A DNA stretch of 63,600 nucleotides, counting the filler, from Vannella sp. (taxonomy: Eukaryota): NCBI GenBank assembly GCA_023345925.1. It is 8 parts of 8 records of this genome, joined end to end, with 100 filler letters (N's around TTAATTAATTAA, not from the genome) between each part and the next. Parts side by side here need not be neighbours in the genome. Positions count along the whole stretch, not along the records: positions 3,043 to 15,978 come from JAJQQN010000872.1; positions 16,079 to 23,534 come from JAJQQN010000157.1; 6 more parts are not named here. The stretch is one strand, 5' to 3'. Below are positions 12,190 to 21,037 of the stretch, piece after piece (the stretch's first letter is position 1; each line of letters opens with the position of its first letter). Made by a program: the position numbers and the translations under genes. The notes under the pieces are model-generated. The model ran no database searches. It was not told the DNA's origin and saw only the letters and a list, made by a program, of their open reading frames with translations.

Positions 12190-12601
12190 CAGAAAAGAAG
12201 CTTTTCCTAAATTCAATTCTCATTCATTTGCCTTCTCACAATCTTTCAGTTGTTGGCCTTCAGTGAGCCTCAGTTTCGGATGAGGCTGGCCATTTGAAGT
12301 GGGAAGTGAAAGCGGGCTGGTGAGAATAGTCGTTGACTTCCTTCTCTCTTGACCTCTCGTGACACTTCGGACCTGCCCAAACACTCAGCTACCCAGCTCC
12401 ATTGCTATTTCATTAATCAAGGAGAGCCCGTTGTCTCTTCAATGAACTTGTTCTCCCCAACTTATGAGAGGGGCGGGAAGATTGTTCTGTTTCTCAACTA
12501 GAAGGAGATTTTCACTGTCCACTACTGAAAGCTCATCGTCGTCGTTATCATCTTCAATCGAAGAACTTACTGATTAGTAAAAATCGATGTTTTAGTCACT
12601 C

Positions 12602-13991
12602 TCAGAACTTGAATTCCCCACGGAACAATTCGACATTCTTTTCTTCCACAAGAGCCGCCAGATCGCGCCGATCCATGCAATTGAGGGTGAGGCGCAAATA
12701 CGACCAAATGTGATTGGGTTGGGAGTGGAGGCTCAACGCTTTCAGGTAGTACTTGGCTGCAACATCGTACATCTTCCTGTTGGCGTAGCTGATTCCCATG
12801 TTCACCCACGCACGAACGTAATTGGGTTTCAGCTCCAAAGCCTTTCTGTAGGCGAGGACGGCGTCTTTGCTGCCATCAGGACGCGAGCTATTGGCTTGAG
12901 TCGCTCCTAACTTATTCCAAAGCGATGCATTCTGTGGATCACACTTAATGGCCTCCTTAAACGCCTCTTCGGCATGTTGATACTCGCGCGTGAGGTTCCA
13001 AAGCACCCCAAGTACCGAGTGGATGTCCACATCTCCTGGATTGATCTCAGCCGCCTTCAAGAACATGTCGATAACACATCTTTGCTGCTCGAACAAGTTG
13101 AATGAATCGCTGTCAGGAGGAGCCTGGATTTGCGCATATTCAGGATGATGACTTGGAGGAATGCGGTTAGGAAATGCCTTCCACAGACTTCCCTTTCTCA
13201 CCTCAGCCAGTTTCGTAGGTGGACTAGAGCCTCTACCTGGACGAGCTCGTTGGTATAGCTCACCCCTGCGTCTAAGAGAGCTTCAATGTTATCTGGATCT
13301 GCTTGAAGAGAGCGGCGGAGGGCAGATATTGCTCTGAGGGCTCTTCTGTTAGCTTCTTTCATCCTCTTAAACTCTCCATGCGTCTGCTTACAGCTTGTCC
13401 TCGTCGTTTTCAGCGTGAGAGCTTCCAAGCCAACGCCAAGCATCCGAAGAATGAGGATCTCGGTGAAGGACGGCTTCGAATGCTGCAATGGCTTGAGTGA
13501 GAGAACCTTCCTCGTACTGGCGCATCCTGTCACGTTGAGGGTTAACCCCAAATAGGAAGAGGAGAGGATGGGTTGCCTTACCCCTCCTCAAAGGGAGCGG
13601 GGTGGTTGAGGAATGGATTGACCTCGCTGAACTGATACTCGTAAGAGTCTGGTGCGAATGAAGAGCCCCAGAAGTTGTTCATCCAAGAAGGCATCTGTCC
13701 ATCCGCCAAGTCCCCTCCTCCCATCTGCAGGAAGGCGTTCGCCTCCTCGTCCGTTTGGAAGAGAGGAGGGCCATTCTCTGCAGCGAACTGTTGCATGTAA
13801 GCTTCTATCTCAGCTTCTGCAGGGCGATCAGAAGCCTGGTCGAAGAAGCGAAGGTCTGGGTTGCCCTCGTGGTAGCTTTCTTCTCCGTGTCCTCCCAACT
13901 GACCCACATTGGGGCGCTCTGCTGCCTTGACAAGCTTTCCGAGCGCATTGCCACCCTCGCAATTGGATGAGACCAACTCGTGAAAGGACAT
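12602..13991 (-). CDS. PEX5: peroxisomal PTS1 receptor
   Basis: N-terminal Cys motif (SSNCEGGNAL), WxxxF (WMNNF), TPR motifs LWNKLGATQANS and PNYVRAWVNMGIS. Two or more introns. Confidence 0.92.
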
Positions 13992-14063
13992 AACGGGAGG
14001 GGAAGGGGAAGGGGGAGGGGCGGAGGCGCAAAGAAATGAGAAGAGAGCGGTCCAATCAGAGCT

Positions 14064-15978
14064 TTATTGGATGTTGGAGAACATCTTACCGGACACTACA
14101 GCGGCAGTGGCCACCTTGTTGATGGCGAGCAACATAGCAGCACTGCGGTGATCGATGCCCTTCTCCTCAGCTAAGGCCATGGTGGCTCCACAAGCCTCGG
14201 ACATGGTGTCATCCAATCCAGAGTAGACAATGTCCTTCTCTCCAGGGCCACGAACGATTCTCGCCTGTCCCAGAGTCAGAACGACACTTTCTGAGCAGAT
14301 GGGCTACTTACGCGCTCATCAGAAGAGACAGGAGCACCAGCGTTACGCTCGATCAAGTCAAGGAGAGCGCGCTTGCCGGTCTCCTCCCACTTCTTGTTCA
14401 ATCGGCCGAATCGGACGTGGGCCAAGTTCTTCAACCACTCGAAGTAGGACACGCACACACCACCAGCGTTGAGAAGCATGTCAGGGATGACGACGCTTCC
14501 TTGCTGAACCAGAAGAGCGTGGCCGCGAGGAGTAGTGGGGCCGTTAGCAGCCTCACCAATGAGCTTGGCAGAGATGCGAGGAGCGTTCTCGTAGTGGATT
14601 TGCTTCTCCAAAGCGGCTGGGATCAAAATGTCGCAAGGCTTCTCGAGGATGTGGTGAGCCTCCTTGGCCTTGAGGAACTTGCCGTTGAATCCTTCAAAGG
14701 TTCCGTGCAAGACCCAGTAGCGGTGAAGGTCCTCAACGTCCAGGCCGTTGTCGTTGGTAATGGCGCCATTCCACTCACCCACGCCTGTGATCTTGGCTCC
14801 AGCCTCGATCAAGAACTTGGCAGCCCAGTAGCCGACGTTTCCGAAACTGAGAGAGAGACGGCCCGAAGTCAGCGACAACTGCATGTCTTGGTGGAGAAAC
14901 TCACCCTTGGATGACAACGGTCTTGCCCTTGATACCCTTAGAGAGGTTGAGTTTGTCACAAATGACGGGGTTGTTGAGGAACTCGCGAACACCGAAGAAC
15001 ACACCAAGTCCGGTAGCCTCCTCACGTCCTCGGATGCCTCCAGCATGGACGGGCTTTCCAGTTACGCAAGCGGCGGAGTCAACGTTTCTAAGAAGGATAA
15101 GGAACTACACGCAGGATAAGCTTCCAAGGAGCCGCTCCTTACCCAGAGTTGAACTGCTCGAAAGTGTCCTTAATCCAAGCCATCTCGCGGGCTCCAGTTC
15201 CCATATCAGGGGCAGGCTAACCAACAGATGTAAGCATTCGATTGAGAGGAGGGAGACCTGTGGGCCCTTACCACATCGATACCGGGGCCAATGAAGTTCT
15301 TCTGGCAAAGAGCCATGGTGTAGTTACGGGTCACACGCTCAAGAGTCTCCACGCTGGAAGTCTTAGGGTCGATGGCGACACCACCCTTAGCACCTCCGAA
15401 GGGTACGTCAGCGATGGCGCACTTGAAGGTCATCAAGGAAGCCAAAGCCATCACCTCCTGCAGGCATCAAGTCAATGGGAGACCTGTTATTGGATAGCAA
15501 GCGCCTTACCTGAAGATCAACCTCGGTGGAGAATCGGATTCCTCCCTTGCAGGGAAGGCGGTGGGTGGAGTGTTGGGCACGGTAACCAACGATTTGCTTC
15601 CACTCTCCAGTCTCAATCTGGATCACTCGTTAGTGGGCTCTATGGTGGCGATGCTGTTTTCTTCCTTGCCTTCACTGGGAACTCAACACGGAGAATAGAG
15701 CGGCAAGAACGAAGATCTTGAAGCACTCCCGCAGGGTGATGGGAGAGAACAGAGGCGTTATCATAGTAGGACTTAAAGCAATCCAAGAAATCAGGCTCAT
15801 CTTCAGGAGCATGTCCGGCGGAGAAGCGGACTTGACCACTGAGCGCTCCCCCATAAGTCTCTGCTATCGTTGATCACCCGTTCTACTCACGCTCCAAGGC
15901 GGGATGATTGAGTCAAAGCTGTGCGGGAAAGGCGTTGCATCGTTGAGTAGCAGACGCAATACTTCGTCCGTTGAGGTC
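14064..15978 (-). CDS. GDH: glutamate dehydrogenase (animal/mitochondrial type), 5' partial
   Basis: GYRAQHS..PCKGGIRF, VPFGGAKGG, PAPDMGT, GFGNVG, EAANGP, NAGGV.VSYFEW. Multi-exon. Confidence 0.95.
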
Positions 15979-16078
15979 NNNNNNNNNNNNNNNNNNNNNN
16001 NNNNNNNNNNNNNNNNNNNNNNTTAATTAATTAANNNNNNNNNNNNNNNNNNNNNNNNNNNNNNNNNNNNNNNNNNNN
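15979..16078. other. artificial contig spacer
   Basis: N44-TTAATTAATTAA-N44. Confidence 0.98.
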
Positions 16079-17319
16079 CAAAGTAGCAAAATGTTTTCAT
16101 GGAGTTCGCCCATTTGGTGGTCACATGATCCAAGAGCGTCATCCCTTTCCGCCTTGTGAGTACAAGTCAGATAGATACCATGGTACTTCGAGAGAGCTCG
16201 GAAGACTGCAGAAGATTTGCCAGTCGCTGAAGCTGCTAAAAGGTTGCCATATTTGCTATTGTCTCCGTCCACGAAGTAGGTGCTAATTTGAGTGTCGAGA
16301 TCGCTTTCCCAAGGGATTTCGGGAATTGATGCCATGAGCCATGTGAGAACTTGCCCTTCTTCATTTGTGGGTACAAATTCAGATTTTCCTTTTTTGAACA
16401 TTGGATGACCAAAAATGAAGCCCTTTGAAGGAAGGGCTTGACGTTTGATTGGCACAGACAATTTGAGCGCTTCGCTCAACACGGTCATCACATCTTCCGG
16501 AGTGATTATATCACGTGAGTCTAATCCGACGGATATCTTTTGCAGACAAGAATCGATTACTGTTTGAAACTGCAGAGTCAGTTTTTCCACACCCTCTCCT
16601 CCTCGCCTTAACTGATTGATGATCTCAATCAACTGTTGACCAGCCTGGCTCTCCAGCGATGGAGGTGGAGGAGGTGGTGGGTTGACTCCTGCTAACTCAA
16701 CTAAGAAACTTCCGGCTCCTGGTGATTGCAAGGCTAGATGAGAAACCACTAACCCACTCTAAAATGACCACCTACGATGCAAACTCTGCTTGGCGATTCG
16801 GAATAGACCATCTGTGAAGCGAGACCGATTGATTGATCCAGATATCTGTGGATACTCTTCTTTCGAAGGTTTCTCTTCGTATGTATCTGGTGGGAAGGTA
16901 GGGATCGGTGGGCTATCAGACACTGGTCTCAGAGCGGACGTACTTTCGCTCATGTGATCTGTGACAGTGAGGAGATGAAGTTGCAATATCTCGGGACCTC
17001 ACCTTTGCTGAGAGTAGATCGTTTAAGTGAAGGAAACTCGGATTCTTCTGAACTGCCCGGCCGGTCTGCGCGGTTCCTTTTCCTCAGTTCTCTGTCAACC
17101 AGTTAGAGGACAAATATTGAGGTATTGAATGTGTTTGGTGACTTACGAAACACCAACAACCTCGAGGTCCAAAGAAGCGAAGGGCACGATACCCCCCAGG
17201 TGGGGCGGGGCTGGTGTTGTCCCAACCTCATCCAAAGAACGCCCGTTCCTGTAAACATAGATGATCAGTGGAGCAAGAGAGGAGCCAACAAGAACTCACC
17301 CCGCGTTGGGGTCAGACAT
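16079..17319 (-). CDS. Crinkler (CRN)-like protein with P-loop NTPase, 3' partial
   Basis: Small 5' exons from ATG 17319, then a long exon with Walker-A-like LLAASATGKS followed by ALSKYHGIYLTC...LGSCD. The CRN-type assignment is from motif recollection. Confidence 0.5.
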
Positions 17320-17445
17320 GAGCGAAGCAAACAAAAAATGGCAAGAAACGTAACGAACACTTCCAACCAACAAAAAAGGGCTTTTCCTGGAATTTTTAAT
17401 TAATTATCCAAGAGAATTTATGGCCATGATTATGATAATAATGAT

Positions 17446-17665
17446 CAGGGATGGTTATGGCTAAGTTTTTAAAAGCCGTAAGGATTCCGGGGTGGCTGTA
17501 TCTTCGTGTGGCTTAGCAATAACCATCCCTAAAATCCTTCAGTAGTATTGCTCTTTGATCCTAATCTATCAGCTGTGGTTATGGTTCTGCCAGAAGAAGC
17601 AATAGCCATCCCGAAGACACCCGAAATCCTTAGCGGCCTTTAAAAACTAGCCGCTACCATCCCTG
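17446..17665. mobile_element. MITE (220 bp non-autonomous DNA transposon)
   Basis: About 50-bp imperfect TIRs starting CAGGGATGGT and ending ACCATCCCTG. Flanked by identical ATAATAATGAT (17435-17445, 17666-17676). No ORF. Confidence 0.85.
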
Positions 17666-17801
17666 ATAATAATGATTGTTTCCGATGGGACCAAAAATGC
17701 TTCAGAATGAATAAAGTGTTAAAAATACCTTGCTTCCGACTTTTGAAAACGAGGGGAAATGCCCTATCGGGAGTCACAGTTTTGGCGTCATTTCGCACCA
17801 A

Positions 17802-17923
17802 AGAGAAAATCCGCGAGTCAAGGTGGTAGAACTCGTGTTTGTGTAGCTTGCCCTGATGACCTCCATCTCTTCAGGATAAGCTTTTAGACTGATTTCATTT
17901 TTTCACTTTTTGGATGTTTGAGG
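17802..17923. repeat. dispersed repeat A, copy 1
   Basis: 17843-17923 matches 23454-23534 with 2 mismatches; weaker similarity upstream. Bracketed by the 14-bp direct repeat AGGGGAAATGCCCT (17752-17765, 17933-17946). Confidence 0.85.
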
Positions 17924-18031
17924 ACCCAAACAAGGGGAAATGCCCTCGCCACTCGTGACTTCAAAGGTCTGTTTAGATAGATAGTTACTCAAATTCGACC
18001 ACTATAAACTATTGAAAAAAGTCTTCTATCA

Positions 18032-18108
18032 CTCCGATCCCAAAGCGGGCTTGAGCCTTGATCCGACGCAGCGAGAGCGTGGCCTGCGTCGGGCGGACAA
18101 GAAAAAAA
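18032..18108 (+). repeat. dispersed repeat B (hairpin plus A-tail), copy 1
   Basis: Matches 39522-39597 with 5 mismatches. Confidence 0.85.
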
Positions 18109-18109
18109 G

Positions 18110-18551
18110 AATTATTCTAACACTGCTCCTCGTCATGAATCCTGGAGAGTTGGGTGAGTTCACACCTAGTATCGTTTGCTCTCCAAAAGCGACGGGATAT
18201 TATTCTCCAGCTCCTGTTGGAAGACGACTCGACTGTTGACTCACAGACTGCTGTCAAAGGCTTTGTACAGCCTTTGCAAATAAGTACTCCCTCCAAGGTA
18301 CAGAGAGTGATCTGCTGAGCATCTCCTTTGAAGAAGCCAGAGCGGAGTAAGCACTGCTGAGTGTGCAATCGTTGTGTGGCACCCACTTCGACCATCATTG
18401 TCCCTTCTCGGGCAACTGCGTTGGAGCAAGGAACGATCCCTACTTCGTTCTCTTCTTGCTCTCGAAACTGGTAGCCTTGTTTCTTGGCCTCGTCGCCAAA
18501 GAGCAACAGAAGGCTCCATTGTTCCTCTTGGCTTTACTTCCCATCTTCTAG
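18110..18551 (+). pseudogene. DHHC palmitoyltransferase pseudogene
   Basis: TM-NPG motif, then [20 protein letters not shown] with TGA at 18316 and 18358, and a frameshift at ~18382 before [16 protein letters not shown]. Truncated at both ends. Confidence 0.85.
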
Positions 18552-18580
18552 GAGTTGCTTCCCAAACTGATTTTCTGCAT

Positions 18581-18660
18581 CCAATCAGAACTCGCGACAG
18601 CTATTCTTAACCAATCAGAGGCTAGAACTAGAGTATAAAGAAGTTTGGTCCTTTTCATTC
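18581..18660 (+). promoter_or_regulatory. putative Pol II promoter (2x CCAAT, TATA, Inr-like)
   Basis: CCAATCAG at 18581 and 18611, TATAAA at 18634, TCATTC at 18655, ATG at 18680. Confidence 0.55.
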
Positions 18661-18679
18661 TTGCTTGTCTCTCCTACCG

Positions 18680-19282
18680 ATGCGCCTCAGCTTCTTGGTT
18701 TTGTTACTTTGCTTCCTTGGCTTTGGAAGAGCGGGCTACACCGTAGTCACTTTAGACCCTTTCAGCAGCAGAGTTGACTTCACTTACGACCACTATAATC
18801 ATGTCTCTGAGCACACCACGGGGTCCTATACCATCTTGGGAGGATTACGCCATGAATCTCTTGAATCCGTTTCGCTCTTTAGCCCATCCGCTTACTTATC
18901 CGTGTTTAGCGGGTATGGTTCTCTACGGGCTGAAACTAGCCAGAACGCAACGGGAACCCTCACTCTCACCTACCCTGTCGGAAACAAGTCCCCTCTTGAC
19001 TTTGAACTGAATGGAGATAGCGAGTTCCGAGTCGACATCACTTCCGATGAGACCGCGGTGCCTCTCACCATCTCTGTGATGAGCTCTGGGGGATTAACCT
19101 GCTCTAGCAAACAGAACATTCCCCCTGACGTCGGCCACAGATACTATTCTGAGAACTTCTGCTGCTTTGACACCGATCAGTGTGACTTTTCCAAAGTTGT
19201 CTCGGTCGCGTTCAGCTTTGATCTTCCCCCTTTGAGCTACATTGAAATTTTACCCATCAAGATCAATGCTATTACAGATTGA
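18680..19282 (+). CDS. small secreted beta-rich protein, intronless
   Basis: Signal peptide MRLSFLVLLLCFLGFGRA, ~200 aa, C-terminal cysteines, AATAAA downstream at ~19316. Confidence 0.75.
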   Translation: MRLSFLVLLLCFLGFGRAGYTVVTLDPFSSRVDFTYDHYNHVSEHTTGSYTILGGLRHESLESVSLFSPSAYLSVFSGYGSLRAETSQNATGTLTLTYPVGNKSPLDFELNGDSEFRVDITSDETAVPLTISVMSSGGLTCSSKQNIPPDVGHRYYSENFCCFDTDQCDFSKVVSVAFSFDLPPLSYIEILPIKINAITD

Positions 19283-19594
19283 AGAGCGATCGATCCTTTT
19301 GCATAAGGCTTGATTAATAAAGGTATCAATTTATCAAAAGCGCAAGGTGTGAGGATGATTTAGGTGTATGCGGAGCAATGAGCCCATGCAGCCCGTTGGG
19401 GCTACTGTTTACTTGGGCCTGAGCTTACATCCCAGGTTCATATCATTTGCAAAGTTCTTGCTGTTTGGACAGACTGGAGAGAGCTTGTACATGCCCGAGT
19501 GACTATTCTGCACAGCCATGTCAATGACGAAGAGGAAATAAGTCACGACACTATTTGAGCCATATCAACGCAGGCAGATCTCCGATTTTTTTAC

Positions 19595-19622
19595 TAAACC
19601 CTAAACTCTAAACCCTGAATCC
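19595..19622 (+). repeat. interstitial telomere-type heptamers (TAAACCC) x4, degenerate
   Basis: TAAACCC TAAACTC TAAACCC TGAATCC. Confidence 0.55.
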
Positions 19623-19704
19623 TAGAGCAACAGAAGGCTCCATTGGTGCTCAGAGAGGGAGAATGTTTAGAAAAGCGATGGTCCAATATGATGGTCGGAA
19701 GAGG

Positions 19705-20877
19705 CTAGTCCTTGCGCCAGAGGGTGATCTCCTGTCTGGCTCTTATTGTGAGAGGAGAAGGAAAAAAAGGATGGACCTTACTGTTTGAAGTAACGTCGAT
19801 CGTCTTGGTCCACAAGGACGAGATTGAGGTAGTACTTGAGGTAGAACTTGCCTGCAACGTTGCGGTAGGTCGGAGTCAGATCAATCCCTCCGAGGAAGAG
19901 CCGAACCGGCACAGATTCGCCACGAACAGGCGCGCCTTCCATAATCTCATACTTCAGAAGAGTCTCTGTCTCGTTGTACAAGTTGGGACCTGTGCCAGCC
20001 GACTCCCTACGGAGAAGGGCGATCTCCATGTGTTTGATCTTCAAGCGGATCGTAAGGAAGTAGATCTTTCCGATAATGACACCCTTCAGATCATACCTAG
20101 TACTCATTGTGAGTGTTTGAAATCGAGTAGAGAGGGTCTGCGTACTTGGCCTGCTGGTACTCAAACTCGATGTGGAGGATGTCTTCGATACCGACCTCCA
20201 TCTTCAAGCTGTTGTTGATTTCAGGCTTTGGTTGGATGATCTGAACCCAAAGGTCCTTCTCCAGACTGCAATCGCTCAAAGAGTTCTTCACGCTGGTGAA
20301 TACTTTGACAAAGTACCTTTCCCCCCGGTTTTAGGTGCGTTTCGTGCTGTAGAAGTGCGCAAACTCACCTCAGACGGACGTTGATGCCGTTGTAAGATTC
20401 ATACTGCTTCTCAATGTCTGAAAAGTCGAAAGGAAAGCTTGTTTCTTCTCCCTCCAAGAAACCAGCAGGGGCCAACTGTTTGGCAACTGATGTGAACTCA
20501 AAGTGCTCTCCACGGTCGTAGAACATCTCTGGACCCAAAGAACTTCGTCAGTACTTGAACTGGAACTTGTGGTAGCTGTTGCAAGAGGTCAAGGGTCAAC
20601 TCAAGGGTCACTCACCAATCTGGCCAATGAGGGTAATAGAGACACCATGGTGCTCTACCTTCTTGTTTGAACCAGCCATCTTCAGCTTGACTACACCCTT
20701 GATAGACTCCTCCGCATAGTAACGAGGAACGAGTTCGGTCTCTCCGTCCTTACGCTTGATCTCCAGGAGCTTTCGTTCCGCAGGAAACTCGACTTCCGCC
20801 TTCAATGGAGAGGATAAAAAGAACGGCTGCCACCCATCCGTCAGCTATGTTCTTCACCCGCCCATCACACCCACCAT
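19705..20877 (-). CDS. VPS26: retromer subunit VPS26
   Basis: KVEHHGV.I.LIGQIE, SLKMEVGIEDILHIEFEY, KYEIMEGAPVRGESVPVRLFL, RRYFKQQEITLWRK. Multi-exon. Confidence 0.95.
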
Positions 20878-21037
20878 GCCTGCCCACCACTAAATGAGTA
20901 CAACGAACCTGAAAATGAAAAACAATGCTCTGAGAGTAATAAAGTAACAAACACGGCAAAACAGAAGTTAGGGTTTAGTAGTTAGGGTTTGGTGGAAGCC
21001 TTGTCTTCCTTCTTTTGCCTCCCTTTGGTCGTTGCGG

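Noticed and set aside
12220..12600. Short acidic reading frame between PEX5 and the receptor kinase as a gene remnant
   Set aside because: It is too short and has no diagnostic motif.
17853..17892. CTGATGA ... CTGA in repeat A as a hammerhead ribozyme or C/D snoRNA
   Set aside because: There is no GAAA core after stem II. Box C lacks the leading purine, the span is short, and there is no terminal stem or recognised rRNA guide.
18316..18360. In-frame TGA as selenocysteine or codon reassignment
   Set aside because: The TGAs are at non-Cys positions, a frameshift follows, and TGA, TAA and TAG all end intact genes in this window.
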